DNA of 45,081 bases from the NCBI GenBank assembly GCA_037382205.1, contig JARRQD010000011.1, forward strand, positions 2,898-47,978, in the 5' to 3' direction. Under the pieces are notes generated by a model that was given only the letters and a program-made list of their open reading frames with translations, searched no databases and had not been told where the DNA came from. The translations under genes and the position numbers were made by a program. This document shows, in pieces, positions 8,619 through 20,220 of this stretch (positions are counted from its first letter, which is position 1; every line of letters begins with the position of its first letter). The DNA is from Candidatus Thiodiazotropha sp. GTDB lineage: Bacteria; Pseudomonadota; Gammaproteobacteria; Chromatiales; Chromatiaceae.

Positions 8619-10844
8619 TCAATGTACAGCACGTCGTCGGTTGAAATCATCCTGAAACAGGGTTGCCTCTTTAATTTTCTCTCTCAGCTCTTGGGAGATA
8701 TCGTAGGCTTCCTGAGGATTTCGCACCACTCTTGGGGTAAGGGTGATGAGCAACTCTGTACGACTGATGTCCTTTGTTGTGCTGCTGAACAGGCTACCGA
8801 GCAGAGGAATGTGCATCAGCCCCGGTATTCCCGCCTGACCACTGCTGGTATTCTCACGGATTAGCCCGCCAAGCACCACGGTTTGGCCATCATGGACTAC
8901 AACTGTGCTCTCAATGGTGCGTTGTGAAATTGCCACGTTGCCGCCGCCGCCGATCGCTGGCGCTGAACCGGGTGTGCTAACCTCCTGACTGACCTCCAGC
9001 GTGACCATGCCACCCTCATTAATCCTGGGAGTGATTTGCAACAGGGTACCTGTATCCCGGAACTGAACCTCAGAGACGATCGGGGCATTCGGATCTGTGG
9101 TGCTCTGCGAGGAGCGGGTAACTATGGGTATCTGATCACCGACCCGGAAACTGGCTGTCTGGTTGTCGATCACCATGATCTGCGGAGCCGAGAGAAACTT
9201 TACTGAAGACTCATTCTCCAGAATATCGAAGAACACCTTCAAATCATCCAGGCTGTTGAACAACCCCAGGGAAAAACCATCTCCGCCAACACTATCGGGC
9301 AGCGGTGATCCCAGCCCGCCCTGATAGGGACGACCGCCGCCGGTGGAACCGTTGAAGAACCAACGCACGCCATAACTGAGATTGTCTGAAAGTTGCACTT
9401 CGGCGATGGTTGCTTCAATCATCACCTGCTTGGGGGCCACATCGAGCCGGGTGATGGTAGCTTTGATCTTCTGGTAATCCTTGGGGCTGGCCATCACCAG
9501 AATCGCATTGTTATCCGGATCGGCAATGATCGTTGCCGTGGAGGCTGCGCCACCACCGACCATTTTACTCGCTGCATTATCCGCCAATGCACCATCACCA
9601 GTGGCCAAACTGGGTTGATCCTTGGTCAAGGCCGCTTCACGATCCGCATTACTGTTTTTCAGGTCGATACCGCTCGTGGTCGGCGTCCGCACATTAGAGC
9701 GCAGCAGTGGATCACTGTTACTGAGTGGCCCGGCGGATTCTGTTGCAGTCACCTCATTGCCGAAAATACTCTGCAGAATTGTGGCAATATTTTCTGCTTT
9801 GCCATTTTTCAAATGATGGACATAGAGCCTGCGATCCGGGGACTTATCGCTCCCCTGGTCGAATTGAGCAATCAGACGACGCGCCTCGTCGATATATCTT
9901 GGCTGCTGACTGATCACCATCACCGCCCCCAGTCGCTCGACCGGGATCAGTTTGATCATATTGCCCAGCGGCGAAGCCTCTCCATCACCGAGAATATGTT
10001 TCAACTCATCGGTAAGGGTTTTGGCGTCTGTGAACTTTAAAGGGATCAGACCGAAGGACATTCCACTTAGCCAATCCACATCGAACATCTTAATGGTCTG
10101 CATCAGATTGTTGATCTTCTGATAGGAGCCACTGAGGATCATCAGGTTTCTACCCGGATCGATACGAATCTGTTCGGATTTACTGGTGAACGATTCGAGA
10201 ATTTTTTTCATCTCCACAGCGGAGATGTATTTTAGGGGAACGATCTGTACCCCCTGACCGGCACGCATTTTTGCTTGTCCCTGCCCGACAGAAGGTTTCA
10301 GCGCCATGCCTTTAAGATCCGTTGCCGGTAGAATCTTATAGAGCGCGCCATTCCGAACTATCACCGCGCCATTCATTTGCAGGATGTTCTCCAGAATCGG
10401 CAATACCGCATCAGTACTGACTGGATAGGTGGTGTGGATGGTGACTTTACCCTGAACCTTGTCGTCGATCAGGTAGTTTTCACGCAGGATCTCCTCGAAG
10501 ATCACCTTCACCACTTCACGCAGATCAACCGCTTCGAAATTAAGGGTGATATCACCTCTGGCGGGTTGGCTTTGTGGCTTCGATAGAGCCTTACGATTGA
10601 TGAACTCACCACTGCCTTCACGGACAAAGAACTCAGTCTCCCTTTGCCGTTCTTGGGAAAGGACTAACTCACTCTGATCAGTGGGGCTTGAGGCAGGCAG
10701 TTCAGGACGCTGTTGACTGATAAAAGCCACCCCCCTACCTTCAGCAGAATCATCTACCTTGGGCTGCTGGGCGCAGGAAGCCAGTAGCATTGTCAGGCAT
10801 ACTGAAAGTATAACAACCAACCCTCTGTTGAAACTATAAACCAT
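8619..10844 (-). CDS. gspD: T2SS secretin GspD, lipoprotein (XpsD-type)
   Basis: Lipobox LAS-C, 'ITLNFE', 'QVMIEATIAEV', 'GGLI', 'IPLLGSLF', 'RTELLITLTP'. Confidence 0.95.
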   Translation of the reverse strand: MVYSFNRGLVVILSVCLTMLLASCAQQPKVDDSAEGRGVAFISQQRPELPASSPTDQSELVLSQERQRETEFFVREGSGEFINRKALSKPQSQPARGDITLNFEAVDLREVVKVIFEEILRENYLIDDKVQGKVTIHTTYPVSTDAVLPILENILQMNGAVIVRNGALYKILPATDLKGMALKPSVGQGQAKMRAGQGVQIVPLKYISAVEMKKILESFTSKSEQIRIDPGRNLMILSGSYQKINNLMQTIKMFDVDWLSGMSFGLIPLKFTDAKTLTDELKHILGDGEASPLGNMIKLIPVERLGAVMVISQQPRYIDEARRLIAQFDQGSDKSPDRRLYVHHLKNGKAENIATILQSIFGNEVTATESAGPLSNSDPLLRSNVRTPTTSGIDLKNSNADREAALTKDQPSLATGDGALADNAASKMVGGGAASTATIIADPDNNAILVMASPKDYQKIKATITRLDVAPKQVMIEATIAEVQLSDNLSYGVRWFFNGSTGGGRPYQGGLGSPLPDSVGGDGFSLGLFNSLDDLKVFFDILENESSVKFLSAPQIMVIDNQTASFRVGDQIPIVTRSSQSTTDPNAPIVSEVQFRDTGTLLQITPRINEGGMVTLEVSQEVSTPGSAPAIGGGGNVAISQRTIESTVVVHDGQTVVLGGLIRENTSSGQAGIPGLMHIPLLGSLFSSTTKDISRTELLITLTPRVVRNPQEAYDISQELREKIKEATLFQDDFNRRRAVH

Positions 10845-10960
10845 TGGCTTTCCTGTGTTAAATCCCCAAGATTATTGCAAGTTTCTCGAATCCTAGTCCT
10901 GACAGCTATTTGCAATTTACAGCAGCAGAATTTAGCTCAATCCATTGCCTCCGATCTAAT

Positions 10961-11070
10961 CAGAAATATCCTTACTTTATCTCAGCAGAAATCAGTGAAT
11001 AGTTTGATTGATGGGAGGGTGTATTTGCATATGGGGTAACTCCTTACCTTGGATGCATAAAAACCCTACC
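10961..11070. promoter_or_regulatory. Cluster of CC(C/T)TAC half-sites upstream of gspD (putative NarL/FixJ-type operator)
   Basis: CAGAAATATCCTTAC (10961-10975), GGGGTAACTCCTTAC (11033-11047), AACCCTACC (11062-11070); the same 9-mer occurs upstream of the oxidase operon. Confidence 0.4.
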
Positions 11071-11489
11071 GTAGCTTCTACAGCCTCAAGCTGCTTTAGC
11101 CAAAACCATTACTCAATAATAACAACAAGTTATGAAATTCTTGTTGCCAACTAAGAATCTCATTCTCAGCATACAGGGTAGTAATAGACCCCATCCACGG
11201 GTAGTAGTAGTCGGCATATCGCCTAACAGCTACAAAGAATATAGTTAATTTACTGTCAGTGTGGAGCTTAGGGCCGGGGAAATAAATAATAATCCAATCT
11301 TGCTTGTCTTCTGCCCCGGCTTGGTTGTTGCACAAAGGGTCACGTAGAGCGGCTATGCTCCCCTTTGTGCGCCGAGAATCCGGGACAAAATCCAGCGCAA
11401 TCTTTGGATGATTATTGATTTCTCCGACCCTTAGATCACGGAATTCAGGGCCTTGAGGAACCGATCGTCTTTAGTATGGCGAACTCAAC

Positions 11490-14396
11490 ATGTTAAACCG
11501 ATTCAAAACCACTGTTATCCTGGCGGCTATCACACTCCACCAGCCGATGCTTTCTGCGGCAGCGTTGATGGCTGATGCCGAAAAGCTGCTATCGGATGCG
11601 ACAAGACTCGATCGGGTACCAGTGATTGTTCGGTTCAAGAAACAGCATCAAATCAGTGAATTAAAAGAGCAACACCTAAAGTCTGAACAGTATCGAAATC
11701 ATAAACAGAAGCGCGCCATAAGTCGCAAGCAGTTTCGACAAAGCGTCTTCAGCAGTCTGCAGCAACAGACTCGCTCAGCCACAGCTAAATTGTCTGAACT
11801 GCTGGGTAAACGTGGCATCAAGAGCAAACTGAAACCCATCTGGACGATCAACGGCATCGCATTAGACGCCCCAGCCGAGATGATCGATGAAATTGCTGCA
11901 TTGCCTGGCGTTGAGCGGGTCACCGCTGACATGCGATTGACCATGAACACCCCTGAGGTAGAGGCGATAGAGATCCCAACTCAGTGGAACATTGAGAAGC
12001 TCAATGCGGCCAGACTCTGGGAACGAGAGATACGCGGCGAAGGAGTTGTTGTCGGCATCATGGATTCCGGTGTCGATGTCAACCACCCGGATCTTATTGA
12101 CCGCTGGCGTGGCGGTGATAATAGCTGGTTCGATCCCTACGGAGATCAAGACTTTCCAATCGATCTGGTTGGCCACGGCACTCAGGCGCTGGGACTGATC
12201 GTGGCAGGCGATGAGAGCGGCTATCAGGTCGGCATGGCCCCTGAAGCAAAATGGATCGCTGCACGAATCTTCGACAATGCCAACCAGACCACCCTCAGCG
12301 CCATCCATCTGGCGTTTCAATGGTTGCTCGATCCCGATGGAGATCCATTGACAGATGACGCTCCCCATCTGGTCAACAACTCCTGGGGTTTCGCGAATAC
12401 CATCAACCAGTGTTATCAGGAGTTTGATGAGGATATCCGGCTACTAAGAGAGGCGGGTATCGGCGTGGTGTTTTCTGCCGGAAACTACGGCCCCTTCGCA
12501 GAGACCAGTATCAGCCCGGCCAACAACTCAGGCTCGCTTTCAGTTGGCGCCATCGATCTGTTGGATCAGATCGAGTTTCAAAGCAGTCGCGGCCCCAATG
12601 CTTGCGATGCTGGTATCTACCCGAAACTGGTTGCACCAGGCTCGCAAGTCTATACCACAGACCGACTACCGGTTGGTTATAACCTGGTCTCCGGAACCTC
12701 CTTTTCAGCCCCCCACATCACCGGCGCCCTGGCTTTGCTCAGAAGTGCCTTTCCAGAGGCCCCGATCTCTCAGCTAGAGACCGCACTCTACGACAGTGCA
12801 ATCGACCTGGGTGAGCCTGGAGCCGATGATCAATTCGGTTACGGCCTGGCCGATGTCTCTGCAGCCTATGATCTGCTGTTGAGTGATGCAGGCTCCGGTA
12901 ATCAAAGTCTGCTGCAGTTCGACCAGCCACAATACTCGATCGATGAAAACACCGCCAGGTTGATCGTTACTGTCAGACGTGTGGGTAACACAGAGGGTGA
13001 AGTCTCTGTTGAGTATTCAACCAGTAATGATGAGGCACAAGCCGGTAGTGATTATATCAGCCAATCCGGCCGACTGACCTTCGCGGATGGGGAGACTCTG
13101 CGCAGCATTGAAATACCTATCATCAATGACCGGGATGACGAGGAGAACGAAGCTTTACATATCCTATTGAGCGATATCAGGGGGGATGCCTCACTGGGAC
13201 ATCAGGATGAAGTCGAGGTTGTCATTCTGGATGATGACGGCGCTGGGACCGTGGCCTTCAACTCGCTCTCAGTGGCGGTTAATGAATCCCGCGGTGAGGC
13301 ACTTGTCAGCCTGCTTCGAACAGGTGGCACAGCCGGCATGATCGAAGTCGGCTACCGGACAATAGCGGATACGGCCACCGCAGAATCCGATTTCATTGAG
13401 ACTGAATCGACCGTTCGATTTCTACCGGGAGAGACCGAGAAGCAGATAGCCATCGAACTGATAGACGATGATCTGTTCGAAGAGAGTGAAAGATTCCAGT
13501 TGATCATTACTGAACTGGAGGGTGAAGCAGAAATAGGAACCCCAGCCTCAACCACCATCTCAATCTTGAATGATGATGCTGACACCAATTTTGCGGCTAT
13601 CTCACTGGAGTCTGTCAGCTTTGAGATTAGAGAGAATGACAACCCGCTCAATGTGAATGTGATACGGCAGGGTAACCTCGATATCGCTGCCACTGTGGAG
13701 TATAAAACGTTGAACGGCTCTGCCAGAGAGGGTGAGGACTTTCGACCAATTGCCGGCACACTGACCTTTGCTCGAGGCGTAAGCCGCCAAAGCCTGACCG
13801 TCGATATCATCAACGACACCCTCTATGAACGAGAGAGCAGTTTCACCTTGATACTATCCAATGCTGGAGACGGTGCTGTGATTGCCGATCCAAGTACGGC
13901 GATCATTCGTCTTCTCGATGATGATGCCCTGCCCTTTGTATCCATACAGTCTCCGGCACCTGGTTCTGCATTCGGTAGATCCAGTAACAATCCGTTTGAT
14001 CAGCAAAATAGCACTCGCAACCAGGGAAAGAGAAACACCCGAGAGGCAGGCGCATCGAGTCTTAAGGTATTTGAACTGAAGTTACACAACTCTGGACGCA
14101 GCCGAGCAGACGAGAACCAGGAGAAACTGGCCAACATTGATGACGAACTAAAACAGCAACAAAAAATTGAGGAAAACTCGTCCTGTAGCGCCACTGATGA
14201 CCAAACAAGTTGTGGATCAGACAATCAGCTCACTGAACAAGCAGAAGAGGGTTTGGCAACTGAAACAACGGATTCCGATGCTGAAGAAGCTCAAGCTGAT
14301 CCCGTCAATGAAGCAGAATCAAACATTAAAACAGACCATTCTGGCAACCCACCGACCGCACCAGATTCAGCCTTAAACAAGAGTGACCGGTCCTAA
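11490..14396 (+). CDS. Secreted subtilisin-family (S8) serine protease with three Calx-beta domains and an acidic low-complexity tail
   Basis: Signal peptide, prodomain, catalytic DSGVD / HGT / GTSFSAPH, oxyanion AGN; three 'F..GE....I.II.D' Calx-beta repeats. Confidence 0.9.
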   Translation: MLNRFKTTVILAAITLHQPMLSAAALMADAEKLLSDATRLDRVPVIVRFKKQHQISELKEQHLKSEQYRNHKQKRAISRKQFRQSVFSSLQQQTRSATAKLSELLGKRGIKSKLKPIWTINGIALDAPAEMIDEIAALPGVERVTADMRLTMNTPEVEAIEIPTQWNIEKLNAARLWEREIRGEGVVVGIMDSGVDVNHPDLIDRWRGGDNSWFDPYGDQDFPIDLVGHGTQALGLIVAGDESGYQVGMAPEAKWIAARIFDNANQTTLSAIHLAFQWLLDPDGDPLTDDAPHLVNNSWGFANTINQCYQEFDEDIRLLREAGIGVVFSAGNYGPFAETSISPANNSGSLSVGAIDLLDQIEFQSSRGPNACDAGIYPKLVAPGSQVYTTDRLPVGYNLVSGTSFSAPHITGALALLRSAFPEAPISQLETALYDSAIDLGEPGADDQFGYGLADVSAAYDLLLSDAGSGNQSLLQFDQPQYSIDENTARLIVTVRRVGNTEGEVSVEYSTSNDEAQAGSDYISQSGRLTFADGETLRSIEIPIINDRDDEENEALHILLSDIRGDASLGHQDEVEVVILDDDGAGTVAFNSLSVAVNESRGEALVSLLRTGGTAGMIEVGYRTIADTATAESDFIETESTVRFLPGETEKQIAIELIDDDLFEESERFQLIITELEGEAEIGTPASTTISILNDDADTNFAAISLESVSFEIRENDNPLNVNVIRQGNLDIAATVEYKTLNGSAREGEDFRPIAGTLTFARGVSRQSLTVDIINDTLYERESSFTLILSNAGDGAVIADPSTAIIRLLDDDALPFVSIQSPAPGSAFGRSSNNPFDQQNSTRNQGKRNTREAGASSLKVFELKLHNSGRSRADENQEKLANIDDELKQQQKIEENSSCSATDDQTSCGSDNQLTEQAEEGLATETTDSDAEEAQADPVNEAESNIKTDHSGNPPTAPDSALNKSDRS

Positions 14397-14448
14397 ATCG
14401 TTTTACCAAGAACTACAAAGCAACCCACATCGGTTGCCAGAAATACGA

Positions 14449-14802
14449 TCAGCCTGACCCTCGATCAAGTCTTGCATCCTCTTCCCAAGCCGGGATGGTC
14501 TGTAGCGTGAAAACCTTGCATCCCTGCTGTGGTCCGATGGCAATGCGATAGCTCACTGAGCAACCCAATACCTGTTGCATCGGATCATCGTCACCCTCCT
14601 CCAGGTTCAGATAACTGTTCTCCTCATCGCGCTCCAGGATACCGGCTCGTTCCAGAAACCCAGCAATCCGGCGGCTGATGGCATGCACCAGTTCCACCAA
14701 TTCCTGCTGGCTCGGGGCTTTGGTACGATGAAATCGGCTTTTGCCCCAAGACGTGGTGATGTAAACCCCGTCAAAAAACAGCATGTGGAAATGTTTGTTC
14801 AA
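14449..14802 (-). mobile_element. IS91/ISCR-family transposase remnant (internal fragment, pseudogene)
   Basis: HUH motif HFHMLFFDGVY and 'GILERDEENSYL...SYRIAIGPQ.G.KVFTLQT' as in ISCR-type Y1 transposases; truncated at both ends. Confidence 0.85.
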
Positions 14803-15066
14803 TTTGAAATAACCATCTGATTTTTCATGGCTTTAGACTATCCTAAACGGTGACTGTCCTGATATTTTCCATATTTTCTGATATTTTTCCGGTAGGACGC
14901 GGCTTGCCACACCGCACTTCATGGGTTACAGGGGAATATACGGGTTTGACGGCGAAAACTCATCCGGTGGCCCGATGGTTGGGGCACTACATCGGAAGTT
15001 ACAAGTTTCCATGCAAAAACGGGCTTGCTATAGTCGGGTTAAAATGGACAACAATTGAGGGGACAG

Positions 15067-16680
<1,614 letters not shown>

Positions 16681-16875
16681 TCTTGAATTGGGTTGCGCGC
16701 TACGCTCACGGATTATTGGCCCCCTCTCCCGCTAGTCAGATGTGAATACCCGGTGCTATACAAACCAGTCCAAAGTGGGCGGCGCCCGCGGAGCAGGTAA
16801 CAAATCTGACGGTGGTGGCAATGCACCCTTGGCCTGTAAGTGCTGAAGAGAAGTGGCACAATCTGCAGGGCCTGT

Positions 16876-17071
16876 TCAACCTAAATAAATCAGTTGGACA
16901 GCGTGAAGGGTGCGCATGTGGTGGTGCAACGCCGCCATGCGCCGCTACAAGCGTGCCATTCACGCTGTAGCGTGATTCACCCAGTAGGTGACCATAACCA
17001 TCGAAGCTCTTTTCATCATAATCAAACACCTGCTATTAGAATGGAGCGGCCAACTGATTTTTTTAGGATGA
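16876..17071. mobile_element. MITE-like element, copy 1
   Basis: 22-bp terminal inverted repeats (16876-16897 / 17050-17071, 20/22 match); interior closely similar to 42511-42760. Confidence 0.8.
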
Positions 17072-17149
17072 TAGTAGTATCTGGCTCTGCCGGTCGCCCC
17101 CATCGTTACGATCACCACCCAGGCAGGAGAACACCAGGTGGTATGGGAT

Positions 17150-18604
17150 CTAGGTGTTATCGAATAACCAGACTGCTTTGACTTCCCACAGCCCTGTTGA
17201 CGCCTCAATAACAAAAAACTCACCACCAGATAAGATGGTTTTCTCTTGCAGTGCGACGAAAAACCCAGGCAATTGATCACCAGAGCTCAGACTTTTACTC
17301 TTACTGATGACTTTGGCCTGGAGTTGAAGTTGGTGATCAATGTTACTCAGGGAGACAACCACTTCACCATCCACCTTTTCTTCAAAGCAGATTGCTTTAA
17401 GGGTATCTTTGAACATCCTGTATAGAATTGATTTTTTATCCTGAGATATCAACGCTTCATTGATTGAAACATCTACGGTGATGTGCAATCCCGTGGTAAT
17501 CGTATGACACTCAGAAACCAGTGAATTGAGCGCAGCTTTGAGACCAAAATCGTCCAGACTCGGAGGACGGAGATCCATTGCAACTGCACGAATCTTATGC
17601 GCTGCTTTTTGTAAGGTCGGAATAATAACCGATGAGAGTTGTTTTGCATCAGCCTCATCTTCCTGCTTATTAAACTGTAATATGTACTTTTCCAGTTGCA
17701 TTTTAACACCGGAAAGAGTCTGTACGACATCTTCATGCAACTCAAAGGCGATACGTTTTTTCTCATCTTCCTGGGCATTGATCATTTTTGCCGTGAGAAA
17801 TTCAAGCATCGCCTTTTTCTCTCGGGTAATTCGATTTTGCGCATCAATGATCCGCTCAGATCGCCTGATATGCATCAGTAGAAATGTATAGAGAATCAGC
17901 ATCAATAGTATCGTCACAGACATCACAATGGTGATAGCCCCCATAGCATGATTAACATACCCACTTATGTCGTAATAGATCTCCATGACACCCATTACAG
18001 TTGAGTTATCATTGTTACGTATTGGTACATAGGTTTGTACCAAATTCACATCCGCTTCGTTGGAGTTAAATATACTGAAAATGTCGCGATAATTCAGAAC
18101 GGTTCTTGGTGTTCCCGACAACGCAGAGTTAAAACCATCATTATTTTCATCCTCTTCTTGGTAAGCATCCACTCTTGATGAATAAGCCACCTTGCCAGAT
18201 CGATCGTACAATTTAATACGATCCACGTTAGTATCCCGGATCATCCTTTGTAGAGCACGCTCCAGCAATGGTTCCAACGGCATCTCACCGGGCTTTTTAT
18301 TATTCAGTTTTATCAGATTCAGGTACATCACAAAATGGTCATTCAGTGTGTACTCAGTGGCGACGGTCAGTGATTCGTTACTCTGCTTCGTAGCGTCCTG
18401 GATGATATGAGCTGTTTCATATCGAAAAAGAAAAAGTATGACAGTGGCGATCAGTATTATGGCGATAAAACTGATTACGCCAAATCGCTTAGCCAGCTGA
18501 TAGTCTTCCCTGTATTGAGCCGCTTTGTAGCTAATATTGTTATCCATCAATCGAGGCTCATTAACCAGTAACCATGCCAAATGCAGTATCAGGGAGCCAT
18601 CCAC
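17150..18604 (-). CDS. Membrane sensor HisKA_3-type histidine kinase with degenerate ATPase domain (probable pseudokinase); alternative start 18547
   Basis: Two TMs flanking a periplasmic domain, 'AQEDEKKRIAFELHEDVVQ' H-box, 'LRPPSLDDFGL'; N-box Asn, DxGxG and GxGL absent. Confidence 0.8.
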   Translation of the reverse strand: MDGSLILHLAWLLVNEPRLMDNNISYKAAQYREDYQLAKRFGVISFIAIILIATVILFLFRYETAHIIQDATKQSNESLTVATEYTLNDHFVMYLNLIKLNNKKPGEMPLEPLLERALQRMIRDTNVDRIKLYDRSGKVAYSSRVDAYQEEDENNDGFNSALSGTPRTVLNYRDIFSIFNSNEADVNLVQTYVPIRNNDNSTVMGVMEIYYDISGYVNHAMGAITIVMSVTILLMLILYTFLLMHIRRSERIIDAQNRITREKKAMLEFLTAKMINAQEDEKKRIAFELHEDVVQTLSGVKMQLEKYILQFNKQEDEADAKQLSSVIIPTLQKAAHKIRAVAMDLRPPSLDDFGLKAALNSLVSECHTITTGLHITVDVSINEALISQDKKSILYRMFKDTLKAICFEEKVDGEVVVSLSNIDHQLQLQAKVISKSKSLSSGDQLPGFFVALQEKTILSGGEFFVIEASTGLWEVKAVWLFDNT

Positions 18605-20220
18605 TCTGATATTTTGGTTATTCCACCATTGCCATCTACTTTAGCCACGTAGAAGCCTCGCGATGCAAACCTCTGATCCGGCGCCATGCTGAGACGAGGA
18701 AAGATCGAAGTATAAGGTAGGTCATCAATCATATGTTCAATCTTTTCAATCACATAGTCTCGATAAAAGTAACCGCGTATATGTTTGATTGCATCACCAA
18801 GTACTTTTAATGAGAAGTAAGCATTGGCCTGAATCGCTTTAGCTTCTCTATTATAGATTCTTTTTGCTCTAAACCAACCTGTAGAGCGAATCAGTAATCT
18901 GTTCAGTTTGTCGGGCATCTCGGAGCTGTGAATGAAAACAATCGAATTTGCTAAGTCCTGGGGAATATTTTGGGTGTTTGTTCCATAATATTGACTGGAA
19001 AGCATGATCATCATTGACTCACCAAGCTGATCACTGATCAGCAAGTCCTCTGTAGCCAGCTTGTCCAACCACAATACAAGAGTGGTATCTTTGCCGGCCA
19101 GATAAGATCTCAAACCCTGTTCACCCATATGATCGACAGAGAGTGTATCGACATTGACACCACGCTGATTGAGTTCATCGACGAGGGCGTCTGAGGCAAC
19201 CGTACTGAGTGTATCAGAATCATCAAATATCTGTAGTACCCGGGCAGATGGACGATTTTTCATAATATAGGAAGCTACCGCCTCGGCTTCATGGGCGGCC
19301 CCCTTATTCAAATAGATGGTATAGTAGTTCCCATCATCGATAGCTGGCTGCTGTGTGGTGGGAAACAGGCACGGTATACTATTTCCTTCACAGAATTCAC
19401 TGACACTTTCCCAACCAGTGGGAACCAAGCCGTTAACCAGTGCAAAAACAGGTTGTTTGGAGTAATAGCTATTCAGCTGCTCCGGCCAGGTCTCCTTATC
19501 CCCAGTTAGTTCCCAGATATGTATCTTCCATTTTCGATAGGTTTTAAACATCCACTCCTTATGCCAAGGCGCGTTTTTTGCCCTTTTTGTTTCATATCGA
19601 GTTTCAACATTCTTTTGCTCGACATAGGTCTCCATAACGTCGATCAGTGCTTTATTCTCCTCCTCACTGTTTGAGGATAAGACAATGGTTGCAAAATGAA
19701 TGGTGGTTTCGGTCACTCCGGGTGACGGTACGTCGGACAGAGTGCTGAGATAAGCCATCAAACCTTCCAGAGCCTCATCGTCAATCTCATATCTGGGCAT
19801 AAAAGGATCCAGCGGCTGCCCATTGGCATCAATGCCATCCCTCACCGCCGCCATAAGACTCTCCTTGGTATAGGCTTCTCGGTAGACAGGAGGTTCAGGT
19901 GGCTTACTGGTGGGAAGTTTCAATGGTTCAAAGAGGATACTACCAGCCACAGCTGGTACCACCTGTTGACCTTCGGTAGAACCCAGTCCACTCCTACGAT
20001 GACAGGTCTCACAGATCAATTGGTCCCCTTCAACAGCGATATCACCCTGAATGCTTGCTTTTACCAGCTCTCCATTTGGCAATATGCCTTTTTTGTAAAG
20101 CAATTTACCTGCTATGAAGGCCTGAGAGTTAATCGTTACTTCATTGTAGGAGGCGGCTGAGAACAACACCAGACAGAAGAATATCGCAAACGTAGTAGCC
20201 CTTTTAAAGGAGGTTTCCAT
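18589..20220 (-). CDS. c-type cytochrome fused to a periplasmic-binding-protein-like domain
   Basis: Signal peptide, CETCH heme motif, 'MPRY' axial Met candidate, then ~380-aa alpha/beta domain ('QPVFAL', 'FCE...IPCLFP'). Confidence 0.75.
   Translation of the reverse strand: METSFKRATTFAIFFCLVLFSAASYNEVTINSQAFIAGKLLYKKGILPNGELVKASIQGDIAVEGDQLICETCHRRSGLGSTEGQQVVPAVAGSILFEPLKLPTSKPPEPPVYREAYTKESLMAAVRDGIDANGQPLDPFMPRYEIDDEALEGLMAYLSTLSDVPSPGVTETTIHFATIVLSSNSEEENKALIDVMETYVEQKNVETRYETKRAKNAPWHKEWMFKTYRKWKIHIWELTGDKETWPEQLNSYYSKQPVFALVNGLVPTGWESVSEFCEGNSIPCLFPTTQQPAIDDGNYYTIYLNKGAAHEAEAVASYIMKNRPSARVLQIFDDSDTLSTVASDALVDELNQRGVNVDTLSVDHMGEQGLRSYLAGKDTTLVLWLDKLATEDLLISDQLGESMMIMLSSQYYGTNTQNIPQDLANSIVFIHSSEMPDKLNRLLIRSTGWFRAKRIYNREAKAIQANAYFSLKVLGDAIKHIRGYFYRDYVIEKIEHMIDDLPYTSIFPRLSMAPDQRFASRGFYVAKVDGNGGITKISEWMAP

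Noticed and set aside
16854-16868. TGGCACAATCTGCA as a sigma54 promoter
   Set aside because: GG-GC spacing is 8 nt rather than 10, and no downstream gene on that strand.
16736-17280. Short ORFs sharing peptides (MFDYDE...GHLLGESRY; MVMVTYWVNHAT) with ORFs at 42483-42842
   Set aside because: They are translations of the two MITE copies, not a gene family.
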